The position numbers and the translations under genes are program-made. The notes under the pieces are model-generated. The model made no database searches and had not been told where the DNA came from. It saw only the letters and a list, made by a program, of their open reading frames with translations. This document shows, in pieces, positions 20,679-30,346 of a stretch of DNA of 64,000 bases. How positions within the stretch are numbered: the stretch's first letter is position 1; each line of letters starts with the position of its first letter. The stretch is from Gallionella sp. (GTDB lineage Bacteria > Pseudomonadota > Gammaproteobacteria > Burkholderiales > Gallionellaceae): positions 1,725 to 65,724 of the forward strand of contig JANXXH010000079.1 in NCBI GenBank assembly GCA_025350705.1, given 5' to 3'.

Positions 20679-22214
20679 TTGAGCATTCCCATCCCCACTG
20701 AGTCATACGCGCGCAGGGTGCTGCTTCGGCTTGAAGGAACGCTGAACAAGGTTTTCGGCAATGACCTCAACCCGTTTTACCATCTGGGCGCGCTGGGATT
20801 CTATTTCTTCTGGGTGGTGGTGGTCAGCGGCGCCTATATCTATGCCTTCTATAAGACGGGCATCGAATTATCTTATCCCTCAGTCGAATATCTCACGCAC
20901 GAGCAATGGTATCTGGGCGGGGTCATGCGCAGTCTGCATCGCTATGCTTCCGATGCGCTGGTGTTGGTCATGGTGCTGCATCTGTTGCGCGAATATATTC
21001 TGGGACGCTATCGCGGGGCACGATGGTTCGCCTGGATCACCGGTGTGCTGCTGATATGGTTGATCATTGCTGCAGGCATCAACGGTTACTGGATGGTATG
21101 GGACAAGCTGGCGCAATATTCCGTCGTGTCTGTGATGGCTTGGTTCGACTGGTTGCCGATATTCAGCGAACCGATGTCGCAAAGTTTTATTTCGCAGGAA
21201 GTGCTCAATGACCGTTTCTTTTCGCTGATCTCGTTTGCGCATGTGACCGTTCCGCTGCTTATTCTGTTTGTGCTCTGGATACACATCATGCGCATCAGCA
21301 AGCCGGTGGTCAATCCACGGCGTAGTCTTGCGCTGGGAATGTTGCTGACGCTGTTGGTGCTGGCATTGCTAAAGCACGCGCTGAGCCAAGGTCCATCAGA
21401 TATGGGGATCGAGCCAGCCAACATAAACATCGACTGGTTTTATTTGTTCATTCATCCGCTGCTGGATGTGTGGCCGGCAGGACAGGTATGGGCGCTGGTG
21501 ATCGGAGTCAGCTTGCTGTTCTGCGCGTTGCCGTGGTTGCCGGGCAGGCATAAGCAGATACCGGTCGCCGAAGTGCATCTCAAGGAATGCAGCGGATGCA
21601 GGCTTTGCGTCGCCGATTGTCCCTATGAGGCGGTGGTGATGAGGCCGCGCAGCGACGGCATGCAATTCAGGGAAGAGGCGGTGGTCGTGGCGGATCGTTG
21701 CGTGAGTTGCGGCATCTGCGTCGGGGCATGTCCCTCATCAAACGCTTTCAGGAGCGAAGCCGGATATGTGAGCGGAATCGAAATGCCGTCGCTGCCGATA
21801 TTCGGGCTGCGCACCGCGATGATGAATGAATTGGCGAAGCTGGAGGGCGATGTCCGCATCATGGTTTTCGGCTGCGATAATGCAGCGAATATTGAGAAGC
21901 TGCGCAGCAAAGGAGTGGCCGTATTGAGCCTGCCCTGTATTGCGATGTTGCCGCCATCCTTCATCGAATATGCGCTGCACGAGCATCACGTCGAAGGCGT
22001 ATTCATCACCGGCTGCCGCGAGGGCGATTGCTACCATCGCCTGGGTGTGCTGTGGACAGGGAAGCGACTGACCGCAGAGCGGGAGCCGCGCCTGCGCAGC
22101 CGCGCCGATCGCGAACGCATCAGGCAATGCTGGGCTGCTTCCGCCGATCTCGAAGAATTGGAATCCGAATTGGAGTCATTCCGTTCCAGCCTGCAACGGG
22201 GTTCGGGTAGTTGA
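20679..22214 (+). CDS. Cytochrome b-like domain fused to 2x[4Fe-4S] ferredoxin and MvhD/FlpD domain
   Basis: Four heme His; CSGCRLCVADCP; CVSCGICVGACP; FGC..LPC..GCREGDCYH; TTG start uncertain. Confidence 0.88.
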   Translation: MSIPIPTESYARRVLLRLEGTLNKVFGNDLNPFYHLGALGFYFFWVVVVSGAYIYAFYKTGIELSYPSVEYLTHEQWYLGGVMRSLHRYASDALVLVMVLHLLREYILGRYRGARWFAWITGVLLIWLIIAAGINGYWMVWDKLAQYSVVSVMAWFDWLPIFSEPMSQSFISQEVLNDRFFSLISFAHVTVPLLILFVLWIHIMRISKPVVNPRRSLALGMLLTLLVLALLKHALSQGPSDMGIEPANINIDWFYLFIHPLLDVWPAGQVWALVIGVSLLFCALPWLPGRHKQIPVAEVHLKECSGCRLCVADCPYEAVVMRPRSDGMQFREEAVVVADRCVSCGICVGACPSSNAFRSEAGYVSGIEMPSLPIFGLRTAMMNELAKLEGDVRIMVFGCDNAANIEKLRSKGVAVLSLPCIAMLPPSFIEYALHEHHVEGVFITGCREGDCYHRLGVLWTGKRLTAEREPRLRSRADRERIRQCWAASADLEELESELESFRSSLQRGSGS

Positions 22215-22256
22215 AAAGCGAGGGCAATGCTTGTTCAGTATGGATTACATTCTCGT

Positions 22257-23429
22257 TTAATGTTCCTTGCCATCAACCCGTGGCTGCATCAGGAAGGGAA
22301 TATACCGCGATGCGAGCAGCGCAAAACAGATAAACCAGCATGACGCCGCGAGGTAAATCCAGAGTGTGTAGCCTGCTGGATAAAACTGCGGTGCGATGAT
22401 ACGAAATACAAATGCCAAAATCATCACACGCAGAGCCAATTTGTCGAACATGTCAAAAACCACCTTTCTGCCCGTGTGCCCCTTGGCTATTCTGATCAGC
22501 ATTGCGGGAATAATCAGGCCCATCACACCGAAGGTAAAGACATGGAGGGACACGGATACCGCCCATTCTGGATGGACGATCTGCCCGAGAAATTCAATCG
22601 GCAGTTGCGAGACGAGCATGATGTAACCCAGATACATGATGCCGGTGTCGAGCCGCCGCATCGCCAATTGCGGCTTCCAGTAAATGAAGCGGCCTGCGAG
22701 CAGAAGCGCGAGCAGCAGGGCGATCCAGCCTGACAACTGCTGCGGCATCAGGCTTGCGAACACCAGCAGCAGTCCGAGCATCTTGATCGCCCTGTTCAGC
22801 ATCGGATGATTCAAAATCGAAACCTGAAAAACACCCTTCATGAATTGGGGCAGCGTTCGCTCCAGCATCACCAGAAAAGCCATCCGAAACAGTCCCACCG
22901 CCATGCTCCAGCCGATTAAGTAGTAATCGGCGCTGAGCATCAAGTTCTTGGTCAACAAAAATAGCGGAAGGATCAGCAACAAGAAGTAATTGTCGCGGTA
23001 GGAGTCGGTCTTGCGATTGCGTAGCAGCGTCCACATCAGCATTGCGACGATGGCAGCAATGAACAGGTTGTTGGAGATTCGGAACAGCAGCGGCGGCCAA
23101 ACTCCCCCGAACCGCATCCCGGTACTCTCGAACAGCCATGCCGCCATCAGGAACATCAGCGCGTAACCGGAGTAGCCGCGCACCCCAACCCAGTTCTTGG
23201 TTGCGGTCAGCAGGAAACCGCCGAGTACCGCCCAGCCGAAACCGAAGAACATTTCATGGGCGTGCCACTGCACCATATTAAACGTAGTCTGCAGCGCGGC
23301 GATCACGCCCGAATAAATCAATGCCCACAACAACGGCAGACTCAAGCCCGATAACATCGCCAGTGCAAAGAACGGCCGAAAGCCGACCAGCCAGAGCGGA
23401 TGTGCAGGCAGGTATATTTTGTTTTCCAT
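22257..23429 (-). CDS. nnrS: NnrS family protein
   Basis: GFRPFF, WHAHEMFFGF, GFLLTA..NW, GHTGR. Confidence 0.93.
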   Translation of the reverse strand: MENKIYLPAHPLWLVGFRPFFALAMLSGLSLPLLWALIYSGVIAALQTTFNMVQWHAHEMFFGFGWAVLGGFLLTATKNWVGVRGYSGYALMFLMAAWLFESTGMRFGGVWPPLLFRISNNLFIAAIVAMLMWTLLRNRKTDSYRDNYFLLLILPLFLLTKNLMLSADYYLIGWSMAVGLFRMAFLVMLERTLPQFMKGVFQVSILNHPMLNRAIKMLGLLLVFASLMPQQLSGWIALLLALLLAGRFIYWKPQLAMRRLDTGIMYLGYIMLVSQLPIEFLGQIVHPEWAVSVSLHVFTFGVMGLIIPAMLIRIAKGHTGRKVVFDMFDKLALRVMILAFVFRIIAPQFYPAGYTLWIYLAASCWFICFALLASRYIPFLMQPRVDGKEH

Positions 23430-23440
23430 GCGCTGGTCTT

Positions 23441-23830
23441 TCACTCCCGCTGCAACAAACTTTCGAGCACTGGAAAAAGCTCGCGCTCCTCGAACCGGAC
23501 ATGAACCGACAGGCATTTGCCGAAGTTATCCAATGCCCCGGCATCGTTCTGTCGCAGGGCATCGAGCAGCCCGCGCAATTGCTGATTGTCTGCCAAGGTG
23601 CGCTCACTCAGCGCTTGTGTTTCTGTGTTGTGCAGCAGCGGCAGTAACGATGCTTCCTCTAACTGGAAGTGCGGCTTCAGTTGATTCGCGCATGCACGGA
23701 TCACGCGCTGGCAGGTTAGGCTCACCAGAGCCTCATCACCGGATTGCGCCGCGCGCTCGCAGGCTTTTGCCAGCGTAAGTGCGGTGTGGTGCTCTTGTGA
23801 CAGCGGCTGCAGGATAGCGCTACGTTTCAT
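23441..23830 (-). CDS. Hemerythrin-like (HHE) protein
   Basis: LSQEHH, HFQLEE, HVRFEERELF; one expected His reads N (ADNQQ). Confidence 0.82.
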   Translation of the reverse strand: MKRSAILQPLSQEHHTALTLAKACERAAQSGDEALVSLTCQRVIRACANQLKPHFQLEEASLLPLLHNTETQALSERTLADNQQLRGLLDALRQNDAGALDNFGKCLSVHVRFEERELFPVLESLLQRE

Positions 23831-23886
23831 GTGTCATTCAAACCGGCGTGACGAAAAAGACATCCGGACCATCGCGATGTTCAAGC

Positions 23887-23909
23887 AAAATGCAACTTTT
23901 TTGCATTGG
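23887..23909. promoter_or_regulatory. NsrR-like box upstream of hemerythrin-nnrS
   Basis: AAAATGCAACT-T-TTTTGCATTGG (ATGCA-N7-TGCAT). Confidence 0.55.
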
Positions 23910-24093
23910 GTAAACATGTTGATCTCCTTGATTGATAGATTTCATTTCCACCTTCCTTAAAAAGCGGACTTTACTGACTTCTGGGTGGTACGGTCTGCGG
24001 GGAGCAGGGTACCCTGCTGTGCGAATTCATTCGCAACCACACTATTTGCCCAGCCACGGTGCCTGCCGACATCAAGGCGCCGGGATTCGAGTG

Positions 24094-24534
24094 TTACCGT
24101 ATCGGATGAGATAGCCGACCTTGTGCCACATGATAGTCACAGTACTTCATGTCTTCGTTCAAGATGTGCTGGATCAATACTTGTTTCATTTCCAGCCCCG
24201 CCTCGAGCCAGCCGTGCGCCATCTTGCCGCGGTCAACACTTTTCATGATCTCGTTCAAAAAAGCGGTGATCTGCGCATGTTTCTGCGCATGTTGTTCCGC
24301 GTCCGGGTAGCCCCACTCCTTGAACGCTGCCTCCTCATGGGCGAAGTGCATCGCCGCATCATCCAGAATGGCTCGCATAAGGCTTTTGATCTCTTTCTTA
24401 TTCTTGCGCAGGACGATGGCTTCATTCAGTTCGTTGACAAGCCGGATGAAATGCTGGTGCTCGGCATCTATCTCCGGGATGTACATACTTAGACTCTCAT
24501 TCCAGTCCATTCGCCAAATAGGTTTAGTTTCCAT
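24094..24534 (-). CDS. Bacteriohemerythrin
   Basis: IDAEH, HFAHEE, H..KH, HILNED. Confidence 0.9.
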   Translation of the reverse strand: METKPIWRMDWNESLSMYIPEIDAEHQHFIRLVNELNEAIVLRKNKKEIKSLMRAILDDAAMHFAHEEAAFKEWGYPDAEQHAQKHAQITAFLNEIMKSVDRGKMAHGWLEAGLEMKQVLIQHILNEDMKYCDYHVAQGRLSHPIR

Positions 24535-24549
24535 AGTTTTCCTCCGCAG

Positions 24550-24846
24550 TTAAGAGGTACTCAAATATTCAGGCGGAAAATTCATACCCCTGTTCACGAA
24601 AAGCCGCAGACAGGTATCCACCACTTGCTGGTCATGGCGCGTGCCGCGTGAACGGATGATCTTGCCAAGTGCAGTCTCGATTCCCGGCCCCGGACGGTAA
24701 GGGTGGTGCGAGTTGATAGCCTCGACTACCCATGTGGTCAATAAAATGCCGATAAATCCACCCACGGCCGAAATGATTTTCTCGGCATGCCCGGTCGTGT
24801 CAGGCGCTACCCCGCAGCAACCAAAGAATTTTTTGATAAGACGCAT
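24550..24846 (-). pseudogene. Chimeric remnant: HPP-family N-terminus joined to HD-GYP C-terminus
   Basis: HAEKIISAVGGFIGILL followed abruptly by EAINSHHPYRPG..RGTRHDQQVVDTCLRLF. Confidence 0.6.
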
Positions 24847-24974
24847 GCCGACAATGGGCTATGGTTGACGAACTTGAAATTTATCGCCCAACGTGTGCGG
24901 AAACGCATTCAAGCCCACAGCGGTCAGGCGGACATGCAGCACACTCTAGCAAGTGTGCCATGCCGGAGTATGGT

Positions 24975-25235
24975 TTATTTACGTGTGAAGTTGATGGCGA
25001 TTTGTCCGGGCTCGCGGGTGACATAATTGATTGCGATGCTTTCACCGTAACGCTGAGTCAATTGGGCAAGCAACGGCAATGGATCGTGGTCATTGACGAA
25101 TGCCATCGTCTCACCCGGATTCAGCGCGTCCAATGCGCCAAAAATTGCGGCGTGACGAAAGCGTTTTGCCACACCGCGCGCATCGAACGGGTAACGCAGG
25201 TCAGAGGAGATAGTATTCGAACAATTATGTGTCAT
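24975..25235 (-). CDS. DUF2249 protein
   Basis: RHAAIF..LNPGE..NDHDPLPL. Confidence 0.85.
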   Translation of the reverse strand: MTHNCSNTISSDLRYPFDARGVAKRFRHAAIFGALDALNPGETMAFVNDHDPLPLLAQLTQRYGESIAINYVTREPGQIAINFTRK

Positions 25236-25311
25236 TTTGGATTCCTTAAGATTGAAAGTTATTTGAGGAATACTGTATGCGAAACGTACCGCGAACCACG
25301 CGACCACCATT

Positions 25312-25334
25312 AACATGCATTAATGATACATGTT
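25312..25334. promoter_or_regulatory. NsrR-like box in a divergent promoter
   Basis: AACATGCATTA-A-TGATACATGTT; half-sites 9/11 complementary. Confidence 0.75.
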
Positions 25335-25432
25335 ATATTATGCAATGCCAATACTTTCCGGTTTTGCCTGCCATTGCAGCAACGCCATTGACGCAACGAA
25401 ATCACTGCCCGTAATTTTATGAGGATGCTGAT

Positions 25433-25864
25433 ATGCAAACCATTGCCGAATTTATGAGCGCTGACCATCACGCTTGTGACGAGGTATTCGCCATCGCCGA
25501 ACAAGCCGCTTTAGCCAACAACTGGAGCGATGCGGAAACTGCGTTTAACAAGTTCCGGGCCGCGCTGGCCAGGCACTTTCGCATGGAAGAGGACGAGCTT
25601 TTTCCCACGCTGGTCTCCGCCGGCGGTCCTGCCGGACCGGTGCTGGTAATGCGCATGGAACACGCGCAGATGAATACGCTTATCGAACAAATGGCCGGTA
25701 CATTGGCTCACCAGGATGCGCAGGGGTATGGTGGCCTGTCGGAGACGCTGCTGATTGTGATGCAGCAGCACAATCTCAAGGAAGAACAAATGCTTTATCC
25801 CATCGCGGATCACTTTCTGGCATCACAGCGTGAAGCACTGCTTGACCGCATGCGGGTGGACTGA
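25433..25864 (+). CDS. Hemerythrin-like (HHE) protein
   Basis: DHHACD, HFRMEE..LFP, GGP..VMRMEH, HNLKEEQMLYP. Confidence 0.9.
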   Translation: MQTIAEFMSADHHACDEVFAIAEQAALANNWSDAETAFNKFRAALARHFRMEEDELFPTLVSAGGPAGPVLVMRMEHAQMNTLIEQMAGTLAHQDAQGYGGLSETLLIVMQQHNLKEEQMLYPIADHFLASQREALLDRMRVD

Positions 25865-25869
25865 TCACC

Positions 25870-26100
25870 ATGTGCGCGAACATGGCACGCGAGCTGGATG
25901 TGCGCGGACTGCCGCCGCCCGAGCCTTTCGAGCATGTCATGCGCGCATTGCCGACACTCCCCGCCGGAGCAGTCCTGCATGTGCATATTGATCGCGAACC
26001 TTACCCGCTTTACGAGGTGTTGCGCGACAGCGGTTATGCCTGGCAGACCACCGCGATGACAGATGGCAGCTTTTCAATTCGCATCAGCCATAGCGCATGA
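25870..26100 (+). CDS. DUF2249/TusA-like protein
   Basis: LDVRGLPPPEP, REPYPLY; start may be 25882. Confidence 0.82.
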   Translation: MCANMARELDVRGLPPPEPFEHVMRALPTLPAGAVLHVHIDREPYPLYEVLRDSGYAWQTTAMTDGSFSIRISHSA

Positions 26101-27383
26101 AAACCATCTCGCTCAGTACTGAACAGGCACCGCCGATTTCTGTGCCGCTGCGCTTCTTTGCTGCCGCCCCGTTGTTCCTGCTGCTGGCTGCGCTGATGTT
26201 GGTGTACGGCGCAGTCAATCCATTTGCCGATATACACTCGCCCGCGCTGCTTGCCGCGACCCACTGCATCACGCTGGGGTTCATGGCGATGATCATGCTG
26301 GGCGCGATGCAGCAAATTTTGCCGGTGGTGATCGGCAGCCCGATGCCGGCATCTAGGCTGACTGCGTGGCTCACTTTCCTGCCGTTGATATTCGGCGCAC
26401 TGCTGCTGCCTGCCGGTTTCATGCTGGGCAAACCGGTATTGCTCAATCTCGCCTGGCCGCTATTGGGCTTGGCTTTTATAACATTCATCAGTGCCAGCCT
26501 GATCAGTCTGGCGCGCTCTCCCGCACACAATGCCACCAAGACCACGATACTGCTGTCCATCATCGCGCTTGGCGGAGCCATTGCATTGGGCATGCTGCTG
26601 GCGCACGGCTATGCCAGCGGCTTGCAGCTGCCCTATGCCAAGCTGGCCACAGCCCATATCAGTCTGGCGTTGGGCGGCTGGGTATTGTTGCTGATCGTCG
26701 GCGTGTCCTATCAGGTGGTGCCGATGTTCCAGCTCACACCCAACTACCCGAAATGGTTAGCCCGCAGTTTAACTCCCGCGCTATTTATCGTGCTGATGTT
26801 GAGCTTGCTGTCCCTGCTGCTCGAACCCAGGCCGTACTGGATAGTGATCGTTGCACAAAGCCTGTTCTGGTTTATGGCAGGCTGTTTTGCCGTGGCCACA
26901 CTCCGGCTGCAAAGCAAGCGTCGCCGCCGCGTTGCGGATGCCACTTTGAGTTTTTTCCGGCTGGGCATGCTGGCACTGTTGTGCACTGCACTGCTCGCTT
27001 TGGCGACTCTGTTTTTTCCGGCTGTTGATCGTCTCGGCACGCTATCCGCTGTGTTATTCCTGCTCGGCTTTGCGATGTCGTTGATGCACGGCATGCTGTA
27101 CAAGATCGTGCCGTTTTTGGTGTGGTTCCATCTGTTCCGTGGCGGGGTAAAACGCGGCATTCCCAATATGAAGGAGATCATCCCGGAAGCCTGGATGTGG
27201 CGGCACTTGTGGCTGCATCGCAGCACACTGCTTGCAGCACTTTTCGCACCCTGGTGGAATGCGGCAGCATGGCTGGTCGCACTTGGTTTGCTGCTGCAAG
27301 GCATGCTGCTCGGATACGCGCTCCTCATCGCTATCGCAGTGTATCGGCGCACGCTTGAGCGCATCGAGGAGGATTTACCATGA
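26097..27383 (+). CDS. Polytopic membrane protein with conserved His, typical neighbour of DUF2249/hemerythrin genes
   Basis: About 12 TM segments; ATHCITLG, AHISLAL, QVVPMF, GMLYKIVPFLVWFHL. Confidence 0.75.
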   Translation: MKTISLSTEQAPPISVPLRFFAAAPLFLLLAALMLVYGAVNPFADIHSPALLAATHCITLGFMAMIMLGAMQQILPVVIGSPMPASRLTAWLTFLPLIFGALLLPAGFMLGKPVLLNLAWPLLGLAFITFISASLISLARSPAHNATKTTILLSIIALGGAIALGMLLAHGYASGLQLPYAKLATAHISLALGGWVLLLIVGVSYQVVPMFQLTPNYPKWLARSLTPALFIVLMLSLLSLLLEPRPYWIVIVAQSLFWFMAGCFAVATLRLQSKRRRRVADATLSFFRLGMLALLCTALLALATLFFPAVDRLGTLSAVLFLLGFAMSLMHGMLYKIVPFLVWFHLFRGGVKRGIPNMKEIIPEAWMWRHLWLHRSTLLAALFAPWWNAAAWLVALGLLLQGMLLGYALLIAIAVYRRTLERIEEDLP

Positions 27384-27594
27384 GCTTCTTGTTGCTCAAA
27401 GGACTGTAAATCAATTATTCATGATATTCCACAGCGGATGCTACTCCATACTGACATGACTCAACAGCCCGCTTTGAGAATCCTTAAGATTCGAAATTAT
27501 CTCACACACACAAGCTTGGACAACCCATTTAATTCAATGATAATACGCTTCCTCTATCGAGCAGATGTTCCACATTTATTTCCGGGTAAGCCAA

Positions 27595-28281
27595 ATGAAA
27601 AAAATGACCAACAAAAATATGCCAACCAAGGGATGGATCTTTTCATATAGCCCCAAAGCCTTGTTATTGTGCGTTGTGTTTATTTCAGGTTGTGGAGACA
27701 AGCTCGTTCCTGCGCCGTTCGTGTTCGATATGACGCGTCTCAATCAGGACGGCAGTGTGAACGACGGGAGCGACTATGCAAAACATCCCTGGGCTTGCGT
27801 GCAGGACAACCAATCGAATCTGGTCTGGGAAGTGAAGAAAACCGAACCCGGATTGCAGAACATCAATAACACTTACAGCTGGTACGATCCCGATCCACAG
27901 ACCAACGGCGGCTGGGCGGGCAAGGCCAACGCCGGGGTCTGCACCGGCAGCGATTGCGATACTGCTGCCTACATCAGGGCGCTCAATGCAAAAAAACTTT
28001 GCGGCCTGAACGATTGGTATCTGCCCAGCCGTTTTGAATTGAACACCATCGTGGACACCAGTGTTTTATTTCCGGGGCCTACTTTCCCAAAGGCTTATTT
28101 CCCGGAATCTTTGGCCGGTAAATACTGGACTGATACAACGTTCAGAACCCGCCGTGGCGGTGCATGGATATGGAGCTTCGATGCAGGCAGCGATACCGTC
28201 GTGGAAAAAAGCGAGGCGCACAGCATCAGGCTGACTCATGTTGCCCCGAAAAAGCCTGAAGTGAAGACGGTGCAAAAATAG
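27595..28281 (+). CDS. DUF1566 (Lcl C-terminal) putative lipoprotein
   Basis: FISGC lipobox, CVQD..LVWEVK, LCGLNDWYLPSRFEL; start uncertain. Confidence 0.8.
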   Translation: MKKMTNKNMPTKGWIFSYSPKALLLCVVFISGCGDKLVPAPFVFDMTRLNQDGSVNDGSDYAKHPWACVQDNQSNLVWEVKKTEPGLQNINNTYSWYDPDPQTNGGWAGKANAGVCTGSDCDTAAYIRALNAKKLCGLNDWYLPSRFELNTIVDTSVLFPGPTFPKAYFPESLAGKYWTDTTFRTRRGGAWIWSFDAGSDTVVEKSEAHSIRLTHVAPKKPEVKTVQK

Positions 28282-28345
28282 TTAACTTGTAATTCCCCGC
28301 AGTCTTGCTGCGTGGACAATTCCTGTCCGTGAGTCAGGGATCAGA

Positions 28346-28378
28346 GTAGGGTGGATGCGCTGTGCTTATCCACCCTAT
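28346..28378. repeat. GTAG-type REP hairpin
   Basis: GTAGGGTGGAT...ATCCACCCTAT. Confidence 0.65.
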
Positions 28379-28395
28379 ATATTTTTAGTTCCTAC

Positions 28396-29481
28396 TCAAT
28401 CTGATGCAGCCTCTGTCGCGACACTGATTTTATGATTTAACGCGACCAGCAACAGCACGAGCAGTGCCGCGCCGCCATTGTGCGCCACTGCAAGCGCTAG
28501 CGGCAGCTGCAGGAAAATTGTCGCAACACCAATACTGAATTGCAGCGCGATCATGATCAGCAGCCAGCGCGCGGTCTTGCGTAAATCGTCTATTTTGTAT
28601 GCTCTAAGTGACACCCATGCAACCAGCATAACCACGACCAAGGCAAAGGCGCGATGTGCCCAGTGGATCGCGGTCAGCGCAGGGAAGGGCAGGTAGTCGC
28701 CTTTGGCGGTCATGCCCAGATCGTGCCATAACGAAAAACCATTTGCAAAATCCATTTGTGGAAATAACGCACCCTGGCACAGCGGGAAATCCGCGCAAGC
28801 CAGCGCCGCGTAGTTGCTGCTGACCCAACCGCCGAGCGCGATCTGTATCGCCAGCAGCACGATAGCCAGTGCCGCCGGAATGCGCAGTGCAGCAGCCGGT
28901 TGTGATATAGATGGATGATCGCTTAGCCGCGCGCCGAACCACGTCAACAGTGCCAGCAGCGACATGCCCAGCAGCAGATGTATGGTCACGATGATGGGTT
29001 GCAGTTTCATCGTAACCGTCCATGCGCCGAAAGCGCCCTGCACACAAACGAATGCAAACAGCAGTGTCGGGAACAGCGGCGCAAATTTCATTTGCGTGCG
29101 GCCCGATTGCAGCCACTTGCGCCATGAGATCGCCATCATCGCGACGATCAGCACACCGATGCTCATCGCCAGGTAGCGGTGGATCATCTCGATCCATGCT
29201 TTCATGACCGTCACCGGGCCGGTCGGCATCGCGGTTTCGGCGGCGCTGATGACTGCATGCGCCTGCAGCGGGTTGGCATGTCCATAGCAGCCGGGCCAGT
29301 CCGGGCAACCGAGGCCGGAATCGGTCAGCCGCGTGAATGCGCCGAACATGATCAGATCAAAGGTGAGGAATAACGTGACCCAAACAAGTTTGCGATATTT
29401 ATCGGTATCGCTCGACACCCAGACGATAGTCAGCGGCAACAATGCCACCAGCAAGCCCATCGCGGCAAGCTGGATCAGCAT
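28396..29481 (-). CDS. ctaA: Heme a synthase (COX15/CtaA)
   Basis: GLGCPDWPGC, EMIHR, TIHL, CADFPLC, HWAHR, AHN. Confidence 0.93.
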   Translation of the reverse strand: MLIQLAAMGLLVALLPLTIVWVSSDTDKYRKLVWVTLFLTFDLIMFGAFTRLTDSGLGCPDWPGCYGHANPLQAHAVISAAETAMPTGPVTVMKAWIEMIHRYLAMSIGVLIVAMMAISWRKWLQSGRTQMKFAPLFPTLLFAFVCVQGAFGAWTVTMKLQPIIVTIHLLLGMSLLALLTWFGARLSDHPSISQPAAALRIPAALAIVLLAIQIALGGWVSSNYAALACADFPLCQGALFPQMDFANGFSLWHDLGMTAKGDYLPFPALTAIHWAHRAFALVVVMLVAWVSLRAYKIDDLRKTARWLLIMIALQFSIGVATIFLQLPLALAVAHNGGAALLVLLLVALNHKISVATEAASD

Positions 29482-29719
29482 GATGGTCTTTCCGAATCAG
29501 CTTGCTGAACTGGCATAGAGTTTTATTCCGTTCCAAAAATGAAATCGGTATCACCGTAGTGACACTACCCATTACACCTTGCAGAGTCAAGAACATGGCA
29601 TAGTCAATAACTGAGCTTGCCCCGTGAAGCGAATTTCGCTAACCTCGCGCAAACAAGACTTATACTAATTATTGGCGCATCATCCGGGCGTCAAGTATTT
29701 CAACCCAGAGGAATCCACA

Positions 29720-30328
29720 GTGAAAACGATAGCTGTTTGGCTGGTCATCGCTGTATTGTTCGCCTCAACTGCCGATGCACGCCAGACCATCAATGGTTGT
29801 TTGATCAAACGAAGGGCCAGTTGCCCCGGTGCCAACCTTGCCGGTGCGAACCTCAGCAAGTCCAATCTGGGCAGTGCAGATTTGTCGGGCGCAGATTTGT
29901 CAGGTGCCAACCTGAGCGGCGACAAGATTTCCGAGGCTAACTTGATGAAAGCGAATTTGTCGAATGCCAATCTCGCGGAGGCCGATCTCTCGGAAAGCTA
30001 TTTGAACAACGCGAATCTGTCGCATGCGAATCTTATCAAAGCAGATCTGTCCCAAAGCACGATGCCGGGTGTTAATCTCATGGAGGCTAATCTGGCAGGT
30101 GCCAATTTTTCATTGGCGAATCTTAAAGGCGCTGACTTGACTGGTGCCAATGCAAAAGGGACTGTGTTTGCGATGACCAGCCTGGTCGATGCCAACCTTA
30201 GCCGCGCCGATCTGACCGAGGCCACACTGATCGGTGCCGATTTGCGCAACGCTATTTTGCTGGACACAAGATTTTGCAAAACCACGATGCCGGATAAAAG
30301 TATCAATAACAGCGGCTGCCAAAAATAA
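29720..30328 (+). CDS. Exported pentapeptide-repeat protein
   Basis: Signal peptide from GTG 29720; A(D/N)Lxx repeats; terminal Cys pairs. Confidence 0.9.
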   Translation: MKTIAVWLVIAVLFASTADARQTINGCLIKRRASCPGANLAGANLSKSNLGSADLSGADLSGANLSGDKISEANLMKANLSNANLAEADLSESYLNNANLSHANLIKADLSQSTMPGVNLMEANLAGANFSLANLKGADLTGANAKGTVFAMTSLVDANLSRADLTEATLIGADLRNAILLDTRFCKTTMPDKSINNSGCQK

Positions 30329-30346
30329 TATGAGCTGGAGCAATCA

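Noticed and set aside
29820-30260. Short periodic repeats
   Set aside because: Explained by pentapeptide-repeat coding
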